Source: Hyphomicrobiales bacterium
GTDB taxonomy: Bacteria > Pseudomonadota > Alphaproteobacteria > Rhizobiales > CAJQND01
NCBI GenBank assembly: GCA_028285595.1
Contig: JANQOW010000016.1
Location: 4,956 to 68,955, forward strand
DNA length: 64,000 nt
Reading direction: 5' to 3'
Shown: positions 1 to 9,359 of the stretch, piece after piece
Position numbering within the stretch: the first letter of the stretch is position 1
How the letters are laid out: each line of letters opens with the position of its first letter
The notes under the pieces: model-generated
The model's database searches: none
What the model was told of the DNA's origin: nothing
The model's input: the letters and a program-made list of their open reading frames with translations, nothing else
Position numbers and translations under genes: made by a program

Positions 1-2
1 CT

Positions 3-47
3 GAGGACGTGGCATTCAAAGGCGATAAACCAGGAGGCGGCGTATGA
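3..47 (+). CDS. 3' end of an upstream gene (partial; possibly the catalytic subunit of the DmsB/DmsC-type oxidoreductase that follows)
   Basis: Frame 3 is open from the window edge and stops at TGA 45-47, overlapping the next start (ATGA, 44-47). Only 14 codons are visible, so the product is inferred from operon context alone. Confidence 0.25.
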   Translation, partial: EDVAFKGDKPGGGV

Positions 48-817
48 CATCCCTGCCCACGGCCGAGGAACGCTCGGGCAAGAAACTCGGTTTGGTAATC
101 GACCTTGATACCTGCGTAGGCTGTCACGCCTGCGCGGTGAGTTGCAAGGAATGGAACACCCAAGGCTACTCGGCGCCGCTCACCGACGTGGATGCCTACG
201 GCTCCGATCCTTTGGGAGCATGGCTGAACCGGATCCATACGTATGAAGTGGCGACGGTGGACGACATGCCCAATCGGACCGTGCATTTTCCGCGCTCCTG
301 CCTGCACTGTGAAGAGCCGGCCTGCGTGACGGTCTGTCCGACGGGGGCAAGCTACAAGCGCGCCGAAGACGGCATTGTGCTCGTCAACCCGGACACGTGC
401 ATCGGCTGCAAGCTGTGTTCGTGGGCGTGTCCGTATGGTGCGCGTGAATATGATCCAAGCCATGGCGTCATGAAGAAATGCACTCTATGCGTCGACCGGA
501 TCTACAACGAACATCTGGAGCCAGAAGCCCGACAACCGGCGTGTGTGCTGGCCTGCCCCGCCGGCGCGCGTCACTATGGCGACTTAGGCGATCCGGACAG
601 TGCGGTGTCAAAGCTTGTGGCACAGCGGGACGGCTATGACCTCTTGCCTCAGTCCGGCTACAAACCCGTCAATAAGTACCTGCCGCCACGGCCGCGGCGC
701 ACGGGGGTTGAAGACGGGGCGGCCGCAGAACCTAAGGTATTGGAACCGATCGCAAAGGGTGACGGAAGCTTGTCCGACAGGTTCTTTGCATGGGCCGATC
801 AAGTGTTGACCCGCTAG
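44..817 (+). CDS. 4Fe-4S ferredoxin-type electron-transfer subunit of a DMSO-reductase-family oxidoreductase (DmsB/NrfC-like)
   Basis: 257-aa ORF with AGGAGG 7 nt upstream. Cys clusters CVGCHACAVSC, CLHCEEPACVTVCP, CIGCKLCSWACP and CTLC...ACVLACP are typical of four-cluster DmsB-type subunits. Confidence 0.9.
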   Translation: MTSLPTAEERSGKKLGLVIDLDTCVGCHACAVSCKEWNTQGYSAPLTDVDAYGSDPLGAWLNRIHTYEVATVDDMPNRTVHFPRSCLHCEEPACVTVCPTGASYKRAEDGIVLVNPDTCIGCKLCSWACPYGAREYDPSHGVMKKCTLCVDRIYNEHLEPEARQPACVLACPAGARHYGDLGDPDSAVSKLVAQRDGYDLLPQSGYKPVNKYLPPRPRRTGVEDGAAAEPKVLEPIAKGDGSLSDRFFAWADQVLTR

Positions 818-823
818 TCCGTT

Positions 824-1774
824 ATGCATCCAGCCTACTCCGTCATATTGTTCACCACTGCATCCGGCGCCGGCTACGGCTTGCTTGCGCTGCTGGGATT
901 GGGGGCCGCGCTGGACGTTGAGTTTCCGCAGACCTACTGGTTCCCTTTGGTGGCCCTCGGGCTTGCGCTTGGCCTGATCACGGTGGGTCTTTTGTCGTCC
1001 ACATTTCATCTCGGGCATCCGGAGCGCGCTTGGCGGGCCTTCTCGCAATGGCGCTCCTCATGGCTGTCGCGCGAAGGGGTTGCGGCGGTGGCAACCTACA
1101 TACCGGCGGGTTTGTTTGGATTGATGTGGCTGGGAGATTGGGACGGTACGATGACCTGGCAATCGCTCGGCGTGCTGAGTGCAATCGGCGCGGCTGTGAC
1201 GGTGTGGTGCACCGGCATGATTTACGGCAGTCTGACGACGATCCGCCAATGGAACCATCCTCTGGTGACACCGGTCTATATGGTGTTGGCCGTCTCAACC
1301 GGCGCCAGCTTGTTTTGTCCTTTAATGGCAGCGTTTGGCGCTGTGCAGCCTTGGCATATTGTCATGGCTGCCGGCGCAATGGGCGGTGCCATTTTGATGA
1401 AGTGCGTCTACTGGTGGAGCATTGATCGCGAGCCGCGCGTTTTGACAATCGAGGCGGCGACAGGGCTCGGGCGCCGAGGCGTCGTCCGGCAACTGGAAGC
1501 GCCGCATACACAGGAAAACTTCGTGCAACGTGAGATGGGGTACAGCATCGGACGAAAGCATGCGAAGAAGCTGCGCGCGGTGTGCCTTGTGGGCGGCTTT
1601 GGGCTTGCTACAAGTCTTCAGGCTCTAGCCTTGCTCGCTCAAGGCCCCCTGCAGACCGGCCTGCTGGCTGCAAGTATCGCCCCTGCCGCCGTTGGAGTGA
1701 TTGTTGAACGCTGGCTGTTCTTTGCCCAAGCCCAGCACGTGGTCACGCTCTTCTACGGCAAGCACTTTGCCTGA
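824..1774 (+). CDS. Polytopic membrane anchor subunit (DmsC-like) of the same oxidoreductase
   Basis: 316-aa ORF starting 7 nt after the previous stop. It is very hydrophobic with multiple TM segments. The family call rests on composition and position after a DmsB-like gene. Confidence 0.7.
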   Translation: MHPAYSVILFTTASGAGYGLLALLGLGAALDVEFPQTYWFPLVALGLALGLITVGLLSSTFHLGHPERAWRAFSQWRSSWLSREGVAAVATYIPAGLFGLMWLGDWDGTMTWQSLGVLSAIGAAVTVWCTGMIYGSLTTIRQWNHPLVTPVYMVLAVSTGASLFCPLMAAFGAVQPWHIVMAAGAMGGAILMKCVYWWSIDREPRVLTIEAATGLGRRGVVRQLEAPHTQENFVQREMGYSIGRKHAKKLRAVCLVGGFGLATSLQALALLAQGPLQTGLLAASIAPAAVGVIVERWLFFAQAQHVVTLFYGKHFA

Positions 1775-1835
1775 TCCGAGGAGGGGTGTGTGGGGATCTC
1801 CGGAAGCGCAAACTGTTCGTGCGCCGGTCGGCCGC

Positions 1836-2537
1836 TCATCCCTCGAGCAATTGACTCAAACCGTCCGGGTCAATGATGTGAATGTGTCGATCAACCAAGT
1901 CCACCAGGCCGGCCCGCCGGAAACCGGCCAGGGTGGAGTTCACCGTTTGCCGTGTCGCGCCGATCAGGTTGCCCAGATCGGTATGGGTCAGATCGATGTT
2001 GACGCAGATTTCTTCGCTTGATTTGGGCATCATGCAAGGGGTCGGCAAACTGCCCGCAGCGAACCGAAGCAACAGTTTCACGAGCCGCGTTTCCACATCA
2101 TCGGCGGCAAGGTCCGCATAGGAGAACCCCACCGTCCGCAGGCGCGCCGACAAGATCCCGATGGCACGCATCGCAGCTTCGGGGTGGCTGCGCAGAAACT
2201 CAACGAAGTCACCCTCGCTTAAGACCAACACTTGGGAATCGATGTTTGCCGACGCAAAGATCTCCCGTTCAACGCCGCGCACGGTCTCCGCAATGCCAAA
2301 CAGCTCACCGGGAAAACTGAACCACAGGATGATTTCCTTGCCGCCTGGCGAAAGTTGATAGAGCTTGATACAGCCGCTTGCCACTATGTAGATGACTTTA
2401 GCGTTGTCGCCAGCCGAGAAGATCTGCTGATTCTTTTTGTAACTGTTGCGTTTTGCATGCCCAGTGAGCGCGTTGAGCTCCTCATCCGACAAACTGGACA
2501 AAAAATTTGCGTGCGCCATCGACCACGCATGGTCCAT
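1836..2537 (-). CDS. Crp/Fnr-family transcriptional regulator
   Basis: cNMP-binding-like N-domain and C-terminal HTH (DLGNLIGATRQTVNSTLAGFRRAGLV). I chose the start at ATG 2537 (MDHAWS...) because GGAGGAG lies 6 nt upstream. The track ORF extends to 2657. Confidence 0.85.
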   Translation of the reverse strand: MDHAWSMAHANFLSSLSDEELNALTGHAKRNSYKKNQQIFSAGDNAKVIYIVASGCIKLYQLSPGGKEIILWFSFPGELFGIAETVRGVEREIFASANIDSQVLVLSEGDFVEFLRSHPEAAMRAIGILSARLRTVGFSYADLAADDVETRLVKLLLRFAAGSLPTPCMMPKSSEEICVNIDLTHTDLGNLIGATRQTVNSTLAGFRRAGLVDLVDRHIHIIDPDGLSQLLEG

Positions 2538-2795
2538 TCTGTTCTCCTCCCACCCCGCAGAAAACGCCCCGACGCGGGGCGTAGTGTATAACATTTCCCA
2601 CCCATGCAAAACTGATTGCCGGTCAGATGATGTCGGCTGGGCGACAATTCTCAGCATTATCTTATGATTTCATCCCCTATCCGCCGATGACACTGAACAA
2701 TCAGGCTCGGCGGAAGCGATGGACGCCGGGACACTCGACGTGCGGGCTGGCGCAAATTCGGGACAGGGGCTTCAACGCCCGTGTGGGAGGAAATT

Positions 2796-4346
2796 ATGAG
2801 CGATGTTGCTGAAGGTCCGGAATCCCGGAACCTATGGGACGCTTTGCGTCACAATATCACAATTAGTGGCCGAGACCCCAACAAGGTCCTTGCAGGTTGG
2901 GTAATCGCCTGGGTCGTGTTTTTCACAATACTCTTTGTTCTGCCCAGACCGGAAGGGCTATCGGACAATGGCATGGCGGTGCTTGCGGTTGTCGTTTGGG
3001 CATCCATCATGTGGGTGTCCGAAGCCATGCCTGTGGGCATCACAGGGATCTCAATTCCCCTTCTTTTGATCATGACCGAAGGGATCCCGTGGGCCAATGG
3101 CAAGCCGCCGCTGGTAACCGTCTTCGCGGGCTTCACCAGGCATGTGGTTTGGCTTTGCCTTTTTGCGTTCCTGGTTGGCGCGATCATGCAACTCCTCAAG
3201 CTCGATCGCCGCATCGCGCTTGCGGTGCTCGACAAGATCAAGGCCTCGAATGTGGGACGCGCGATCTGGGGCATGTTCTTTGTGAACATCATCCTGGCGT
3301 TTCTGATCCCGGCAGCGAACGCCCGGGCTGCCACGCTGCTGCCTGTTGTCAAAGGCATCACCGCCCTTGTTGGTGAAACCAAAGAAGCGTTCGAGGCCCG
3401 CAAGGCGATCATCATCCAGTCGCTTGTTTATGGAACGATGATCTGCGGCGTGTTCATTATGACGGCCCACCTGCCGAACCTGATCATGGTCGACATTATG
3501 GCGCGCGATAACGCCTATCCGATCAACTATCTGCAATGGGCTCTGCTGCAGTTCCCCTATCTCGGCATGTTCGTCATCACCCAGTGGTGGGTTCGCTATT
3601 ACTTCAAGACCGGCGGGGTCAATATCGCCGGCGGTCATGAGAAGATCCATGCCATGCACCAGGAACTGGGCCCGATGACCAAGGCGGAATGGACCTTGCT
3701 CGGCGTGTTCGGATTTGTTGCGCTGTTGTTCATGATGGGCAAAGGAAGCCCGCTCTTCGAGCTGCACAAGTATCAACTGGGTATTATCGGCCTGATGGGC
3801 ATCTTGATCCTGTTCACGCCAGGCCTGTTCCCGTTCACCTGGAAGCAGGTGCAGGACCGCACCATCTGGGGCACCTTCCTGCTGCTTGGCGGCGCCATCA
3901 CCATGACGGCCGCAATGGCGAAGTCGGGTCTTGCCACCTTTTTGGCAGACCAGATCCACCATGTGGTGCATGGAATGACATGGTGGAGCGCTGTTCTCGT
4001 TATGATGATCGGCACGCACTTCATCCGTATTGGAATGCTGTCGAACGTGGCGGCGATCGCGATGCTGGCGCCCATCACATTTGAGCTGGGCAAGCAACTG
4101 GGATTCCATCCGGTCGCCTTCATGCTTCTGGTGTGCGACACCGACACGTTCGCCTATCTCCTGCCAACGCAGATTACGGCCGCGGTCATCGCTTATGGCT
4201 CTGATGAGTTTACGATGACGGATTACTTCCGGGTTGGCTGGGTCGCGGTGCTGATCGCGATCTTATACGGATTGCTCGTCATGGCCCCTTGGTATGCCTT
4301 CTTGGGCATCCCCGTCTGGGACCCGACAGCGCCCTGGCCGTTCTAG
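2796..4346 (+). CDS. DASS/SLC13-type (citrate-transporter-like, ArsB/NhaD superfamily) anion permease
   Basis: ~516-aa polytopic membrane protein. GGAGG (2786-2790) lies 5 nt upstream of ATG 2796. Family recognised by eye from overall architecture. Divergent from the Crp/Fnr gene. Confidence 0.75.
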   Translation: MSDVAEGPESRNLWDALRHNITISGRDPNKVLAGWVIAWVVFFTILFVLPRPEGLSDNGMAVLAVVVWASIMWVSEAMPVGITGISIPLLLIMTEGIPWANGKPPLVTVFAGFTRHVVWLCLFAFLVGAIMQLLKLDRRIALAVLDKIKASNVGRAIWGMFFVNIILAFLIPAANARAATLLPVVKGITALVGETKEAFEARKAIIIQSLVYGTMICGVFIMTAHLPNLIMVDIMARDNAYPINYLQWALLQFPYLGMFVITQWWVRYYFKTGGVNIAGGHEKIHAMHQELGPMTKAEWTLLGVFGFVALLFMMGKGSPLFELHKYQLGIIGLMGILILFTPGLFPFTWKQVQDRTIWGTFLLLGGAITMTAAMAKSGLATFLADQIHHVVHGMTWWSAVLVMMIGTHFIRIGMLSNVAAIAMLAPITFELGKQLGFHPVAFMLLVCDTDTFAYLLPTQITAAVIAYGSDEFTMTDYFRVGWVAVLIAILYGLLVMAPWYAFLGIPVWDPTAPWPF

Positions 4347-4361
4347 ACCTAAAACGAGATG

Positions 4362-4389
4362 GGGAACGCATGCACCAGCGTGCGTTCCC
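4362..4389 (+). terminator. Hairpin between transporter and hydrolase genes (possible attenuator or weak terminator)
   Basis: GGGAACGCA-N10-TGCGTTCCC, a 9-bp perfect stem, 16 nt after the transporter stop. There is no U-tract. Confidence 0.3.
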
Positions 4390-4439
4390 AAACCTGATCA
4401 AGTGTGAGTGTACAAAGACAAAATGCAGGAGACCCATCT

Positions 4440-6854
4440 ATGACTGACGGTACAGCCGACGGCTGGTTCAAGCCGCCCCTGAGCGAAGAAGAACTGAAAG
4501 ACAAGCTTGGCGACTATGTAGCGCCGAAAGGGCTGTACCAGAAAACCAAGGCGATGCCGTTTCTCGGGTCGGTCAAATGTAACACCGATCGGCTTGTGGC
4601 GGGTGAATGGACCGAGATTGTGCTTGACTATGAAGTGGGTGCGTCCGGGATCGCGGACGGGGCCTGGATCAAGGCAACCTTCAAATTCTACTCCGACTGG
4701 GCACTCTTTCAGACCACCGATCCTGCGGGCGCCAATTATGTGTCGGCGGAGTATCATGCCGGACCTTGTGTGGAAGGTCAGGTCCCTGCGACGGTTCAGT
4801 CCTTGAAAGTTCGATTTGACCAGAAGGGTCATGAACGGCCATTTCAAAAGGCCATAATTGTCGATACCGTCGATGGCTATGTGAAGCCCGGCGATCACAT
4901 CATCATCCGCATGGGCGACCGCCGCGGCGGCGGGCCCGGCACCCGTGTCCAGACCTTCGTTGAAAAAGGCTTCCGCTTCCGGTGCTACATTGATCCTCTG
5001 GGGACCTCGCGCTTTTGCGATATACCGGGCGATGTGGTGATCGATATTGTGCCCGGTCCGCCGGAAAAGATGGTGATTGCCGGCACGCGAATGGCGCGGC
5101 CCGGAGAAGACCTCAATTTGGGTGTGCGTGTTGAAGATGCCTGGGGCAACACGTGCTTCGACGAGCAGGATGCCAGCTTCAAAGTGACCGGCGAGTTGGA
5201 TGGAGCCTCCGTTTTCGAGGAGGTGCTGAGCGCCAATGCGGAGGGGTGGTGCTATGCGGATCTTGCGGATTTGCCGACGGACAAATCGGGCGAGCTTGCG
5301 CTCCACGCCGAGATGGTGGACCGTCCTGAAGTCGCGCCGACAACGTTCTATGTCACGCTCGATGAGAAGTGCCCGGCCCCGCGACTCTATTACGGAGACC
5401 TGCACGTTCATTCAGAGAACACGGTGGGCATCAACGACACAACCTACAACATCGCCTACGGCCGCGACATCGCGCGGCTCGACTATTTCGGCTACACGGC
5501 CAACGATTTCCAGATCACCAAGGACAACTGGGATAAGGATGTTGAGTTGATCAACAGCGTCAACGTGGACGGTAAGTTCGTCATTTATCCCGGCACCGAG
5601 TGGTGCGGAAACTCCTGCGCCGGCGGCGACCATAATGTGGTGTTCCTGCACGGCGGCATCCCGGAGTTTCCATTTGATGCCAAGGGCAATATCGCGCGTT
5701 CGTTTGAATGGAACGAGGATATGGAAGGCGACACCATCAGGCCCGGCGCCTGGCCGCTCGAAGAGTTGTGGGCCACCTACATTCACGATCCCGAAGGCCA
5801 TCTTATGATGCCGCATGTGGGCGGGCGCCGTTGCATCATGGATTGGTATCATCCGGTGATGGATCGCCTTGTAGAGATCGGTTCCGCGTGGGGCCATTTC
5901 CCCTGGCTCTATCAGGATGTCGCCGCGCGCGGCTACAAGCTGGGCGTGTCCATGAACGGCGACGAGCATCGCGGCCGCTGTGGAGGCGGCGTTCCGGGCA
6001 CCGCGGTCTTTGGCACAAAAGGCGGGGTGACGGGCGTTGTCTCAGAAAAGCTGGACCGGGCCACGATCGGCAAAGCGTTGCGGGCGCGCCAAACCTGGGC
6101 AACAACGGGCGAGCGTCTGGTTGCGCTGGCCTGGTGTGGCGAGCGACTGATGGGCGAAGAATTTTCACACTCCGGCGATGCTGAAATTGAGTATCGGTTT
6201 TTGGGTGATGCGGGCTGGGACGAGATCGCGATGTTCGATCACACCGGTCTGATCGCCAGCCGCAACCTGCAGGCCGAAGCGGGATACTCGGAAAGCAAGA
6301 TCCGCGTGCGGTTTGGTGGCGCGCGGATCAGAGACCGTTACCGCTGGGCCGATTGGCGCGGCCGCATCGACATCCGAAACGGCGTTATCCATCGCTTCGA
6401 TGCCCATGGTCTGGAGCATCGCGAGGAGACGGTTTGGCGCGCCTCTCCCACGGAAATCGGATTCCGATCAGACACATATGGCGACACGGACACGGTTGAG
6501 ATCGAGCTCTCCCACCTAAAAGACGCAACCATCAAGGTGTCCGGCGAGATTCATGGATATGTCAAGGTCGGCAATCCTCTGGATGGCAATCCCTTCGTTC
6601 ATTGCCCAACCTTTGAGCTGGAAGTTTCCGGAGCGGACCTGATCGCGGAAGGCGCCGTGCGCAAGGAACTTGGCGGGGTGGAGCTGTTTGTTTCGATTGA
6701 GCGGATAGCAGAGAGGGCGATGCCCCGCGATGTATCGGGGTCTTTCACAGTTGATGCCAGCAACGGACCACATGGCCATCGCCCGGTCTGGCTGCAGGGT
6801 CGTCAGATCGACGATGGCAAATCTTGGACATCTGCCATGTACATTACATTCTAA
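4440..6854 (+). CDS. Large cytoplasmic PHP/DUF3604-like metal-dependent hydrolase (function unknown)
   Basis: 804 aa counted from ATG 4440, with AGGAG 8 nt upstream (the track ORF starts at GTG 4404). No signal peptide. Motifs: HxH in YYGDLHVHSE, plus GGDHNVVF, NGDEHRG and RARQTWATTGERL, which resemble PHP/DUF3604-type metallohydrolases. The N-terminal ~330 aa are unassigned. Confidence 0.8.
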   Translation: MTDGTADGWFKPPLSEEELKDKLGDYVAPKGLYQKTKAMPFLGSVKCNTDRLVAGEWTEIVLDYEVGASGIADGAWIKATFKFYSDWALFQTTDPAGANYVSAEYHAGPCVEGQVPATVQSLKVRFDQKGHERPFQKAIIVDTVDGYVKPGDHIIIRMGDRRGGGPGTRVQTFVEKGFRFRCYIDPLGTSRFCDIPGDVVIDIVPGPPEKMVIAGTRMARPGEDLNLGVRVEDAWGNTCFDEQDASFKVTGELDGASVFEEVLSANAEGWCYADLADLPTDKSGELALHAEMVDRPEVAPTTFYVTLDEKCPAPRLYYGDLHVHSENTVGINDTTYNIAYGRDIARLDYFGYTANDFQITKDNWDKDVELINSVNVDGKFVIYPGTEWCGNSCAGGDHNVVFLHGGIPEFPFDAKGNIARSFEWNEDMEGDTIRPGAWPLEELWATYIHDPEGHLMMPHVGGRRCIMDWYHPVMDRLVEIGSAWGHFPWLYQDVAARGYKLGVSMNGDEHRGRCGGGVPGTAVFGTKGGVTGVVSEKLDRATIGKALRARQTWATTGERLVALAWCGERLMGEEFSHSGDAEIEYRFLGDAGWDEIAMFDHTGLIASRNLQAEAGYSESKIRVRFGGARIRDRYRWADWRGRIDIRNGVIHRFDAHGLEHREETVWRASPTEIGFRSDTYGDTDTVEIELSHLKDATIKVSGEIHGYVKVGNPLDGNPFVHCPTFELEVSGADLIAEGAVRKELGGVELFVSIERIAERAMPRDVSGSFTVDASNGPHGHRPVWLQGRQIDDGKSWTSAMYITF

Positions 6855-6924
6855 GTCTTGAGCCTTACGCCCCGCGGCAGGTTTGTCTCCTGACTGCGCC
6901 TTTAGAGAACCCCGGCTTATCTGG

Positions 6925-6966
6925 GAGCAGACGCGCATCGAAATGCGCATCTGCTCGGGTTTTTTC
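6925..6966 (+). terminator. Rho-independent terminator of the transporter/hydrolase unit
   Basis: GAGCAGACGCGCAT-CGAA-ATGCGCATCTGCTC stem-loop followed by GGGTTTTTTC. Confidence 0.7.
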
Positions 6967-7039
6967 TGGCGGCCATAATGGAAGCGCCAATCGTGATCCG
7001 CGGCTCATCCACAGAGCTCGGCGAGGCACACGTCAACCT

Positions 7040-7543
7040 TTAGCTTCCGAGACCGTTGACCTCGGCCACTGACACGTGGTGGAGGTCCGGCCAGTTCTTG
7101 GCCGCTTTGGCGAGAATGCCAGCCTTGTCTTTCTTGTACGCCTCGAAGACGGCGGCATTCAGGAAAACATAGAGCTTGCCGTCAACGATGTCGGCAAAGC
7201 GCGGGCTGCCGTCGAGCTTCTTGCCGAGCGCGACACCCAATGCGCAGTAGCCGCCGTACTGCGGCATATACTTCTCGGGTGCTGCAGCAAACTGGTTCAT
7301 CGCATCTTTTGAGACGAAGTAGTAAGCGACGCCATCATGGACATGCGTGTGCTTGGCACGCCCAGGCACAACACCCAGGCCATTGGCCATGGCGACGAGG
7401 TCGTTGCCGCGGAAGGCAATGCCTTCTCCGTTTACTGTTGTTCCCTTAGAAACGTTGTACTCGTCAACGGCGAACGCCGCCGGTACTGCTGAAAACACGC
7501 CGAAAAATGTGGCCGCAGCCAAGAGTGTGTTGATGGTCTTCAT
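7040..7543 (-). CDS. Secreted YHS-domain protein
   Basis: Start placed at MKTINTLLAAATFFGVFSAVPAAFA (signal peptide). The track ORF extends to 7666. The C-terminal region (YGGYCALGVALGKKLDGSP...GKLYVFLN) is recognised as YHS-type. Confidence 0.75.
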   Translation of the reverse strand: MKTINTLLAAATFFGVFSAVPAAFAVDEYNVSKGTTVNGEGIAFRGNDLVAMANGLGVVPGRAKHTHVHDGVAYYFVSKDAMNQFAAAPEKYMPQYGGYCALGVALGKKLDGSPRFADIVDGKLYVFLNAAVFEAYKKDKAGILAKAAKNWPDLHHVSVAEVNGLGS

Positions 7544-7662
7544 TTCAGTTCTCCTTTTGATTGCCGCTCCACGGAGCGGGCTGGGTGAACTCCGCTCGCC
7601 GTCTGGCCTGCGGAGGGGGGTGCCGGATTTCGGCAATCCTGGCGAACCCGGTGCAGCCGACC

Positions 7663-8127
7663 TCAAAGTCTGAGATCTGAAAGACCGGGATGATCGTCTG
7701 GCCTGAGCCCTTGCGGCCAGTGAAACTTGCGTTCTGAAGCTTTGATGCTGAGATCGTTGATGCTGGCAATCCGGCGTTGCATCAGACCGTCCGGAGCAAA
7801 CTCCCAGTTCTCGTTCCCGTAGGAGCGGAACCAGTCGCCCGTTGCGTCATGCCACTCGTAAGCGAAGCGCACCGCTATCCGGTTGTCCCGGAAAGCCCAG
7901 AGCTCCTTGATCAGCCGGTATTCGCGCTCCTGCTCCCACTTGGTTGTGAGAAAGCGCTCAATCTGTGCGCGGCCGGCTATGAACTCTGACCGGTTTCGCC
8001 ACTGACTGTCGACCGTGTATGCCAAAGCGACCTTCGCCGGATCGCGGGAGTTCCACCCATCTTCGGCAGCACGGACCTTCAGACGTGCAGTCTCCTCAGT
8101 AAAGGGGGGCAGGGGCGGGCGGGTCAT
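7663..8127 (-). CDS. NTF2/SnoaL-fold protein (DUF1348-like)
   Basis: 154-aa [25 protein letters not shown]...[25 protein letters not shown]...WEF matches my memory of DUF1348. Confidence 0.75.
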   Translation of the reverse strand: MTRPPLPPFTEETARLKVRAAEDGWNSRDPAKVALAYTVDSQWRNRSEFIAGRAQIERFLTTKWEQEREYRLIKELWAFRDNRIAVRFAYEWHDATGDWFRSYGNENWEFAPDGLMQRRIASINDLSIKASERKFHWPQGLRPDDHPGLSDLRL

Positions 8128-8250
8128 TGTTCATTTCCTTTTGGTTTTCCTGGTGAGGTGCATCTCCGGCCGCCAGGTGGGGAGGGAGGAGGGATGGGCT
8201 GGCGGCCGGAGGCTTTTTGCGCCGGAGGGGCAACGGCGCACGTTTGAAGC

Positions 8251-9108
8251 CTAAGCGGCCTGGGAGATGCGCTCGACGGCTTCGTCGGTCCACCAGAGGG
8301 CGTTGGCGATCATGCGGAAGTTAATCAGCGCCGCGAGATATCCATCACCTTCAGGCACTTTCGCGCCCGCCGTAGCATCACGCACAATTGCGACCTCAAA
8401 GCCGGTTTCCAGCAGCTCACGCATGTGGCTTTCGACACAGAGGTTGGCCGACATGCCTGCGAGGATCACCTTGTCGATGCCAATCTTGCGAAGCTGGAGA
8501 ACGAGGTCATTTTGCTCTGGGCCATAGACCTTGTGGGGCGAGCACACGATGGTCTTGCCGTCTTCAATGTACTTCTTGTACTGCGGCATCCAGTCGGCGC
8601 CGGAGCCTTCGAAGCCGTCAAGGTTGAGCGGATCTTTGCGGTTGAACATGCCGATCCCATGCATCACGCGCTCAAGCGTTCCTTCGAATTTCCACTTGTG
8701 GTCTTGCGGGTAATAGTAGTGAGGCGAGACGACGACCGGCATGTTGGAAGCCTTTGCGGCGATGAACAGACGCTCCAGGTTGTCGACGACGCCCTGTTCG
8801 CTGACGCTCTCGCCCACCACGCCCCAGGCCACGCCGCCTTCGTCGAGGAAATCAATTTGCGGATCGACGACAACCAGGGCGGTCCGGCCGGGATCAATCT
8901 GCATATCAACCTTGGGCAGGCCGGGTTTCGCCGGATCGGCATAGGTTGCTTTGGCCTCATCAGTGGCGGCCAGAACGTCGCGGCCAACCGCAGCGGCGGC
9001 TGCACCAGCAACGGCGGCTGTGGCGGCGCCGGTTAGCACCCTGCGCCGGGCTTGGCTGATGGTGTCTTTGGTGCTTTCGCATCCGGTTTTGAATTGGTCG
9101 TTGGTCAT
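8251..9108 (-). CDS. Isochorismatase-family (cysteine) hydrolase with twin-arginine signal peptide
   Basis: ATG 9108 has AAGGAAAGGAAG upstream. The N-terminus SQARRRVLTGAATAAVAGAAAAAV is Tat-like. Family motifs are ALVVVDPQIDF and ILAGMSANLCVES. Confidence 0.85.
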   Translation of the reverse strand: MTNDQFKTGCESTKDTISQARRRVLTGAATAAVAGAAAAAVGRDVLAATDEAKATYADPAKPGLPKVDMQIDPGRTALVVVDPQIDFLDEGGVAWGVVGESVSEQGVVDNLERLFIAAKASNMPVVVSPHYYYPQDHKWKFEGTLERVMHGIGMFNRKDPLNLDGFEGSGADWMPQYKKYIEDGKTIVCSPHKVYGPEQNDLVLQLRKIGIDKVILAGMSANLCVESHMRELLETGFEVAIVRDATAGAKVPEGDGYLAALINFRMIANALWWTDEAVERISQAA

Positions 9109-9173
9109 GGCGTCTTCCTTTCCTTCTTCAGAATTCAGCACGAAACCCCTTGTCTCGGCTGGGGATCAGTGTG

Positions 9174-9215
9174 GTGTACCGATCTGTTAACTTTAAAATG
9201 TACAGATCGGTACAC
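9174..9215. promoter_or_regulatory. 14-bp inverted repeat (probable TetR operator) in the divergent intergenic region
   Basis: GTGTACCGATCTGT-N14-ACAGATCGGTACAC, with perfect arms, between the isochorismatase-family gene and tetR. Confidence 0.5.
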
Positions 9216-9329
9216 TTTGTCAACACGATTCTTTGAAGATTGTGCGGAAAGATGTGTGGTTTTGTGAGTAAGCTAATGTTTTAATGTGAGAAAAAATTTT
9301 TCCCTTGAACGATCTAGATATTCAAAATA

Positions 9330-9342
9330 TGTACAGATCGGT
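9330..9342. promoter_or_regulatory. Third copy of the operator half-site, overlapping the tetR leader
   Basis: TGTACAGATCGGT is identical to 9199-9211. It lies 18 nt upstream of the tetR ATG. Confidence 0.45.
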
Positions 9343-9359
9343 TACTCAAAGGATTTGAA

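Noticed and set aside
2612-2626. CTGATTGCCGGTCAG as an FNR/CRP box in the regulator-transporter intergenic region
   Set aside because: Only 4 bp per arm are complementary. It matches neither TTGAT-N4-ATCAA nor TGTGA-N6-TCACA.
2538-2657. Longer 273-aa version of the Crp/Fnr gene
   Set aside because: The N-terminal 40 codons have no RBS. The internal ATG 2537 has GGAGGAG upstream and gives a standard-length protein.
9312-9319. ATCTAGAT palindrome as an additional operator
   Set aside because: It is only 8 bp, unrelated to the triplicated TGTACAGATCGGT motif, and expected by chance in AT-rich spacer.
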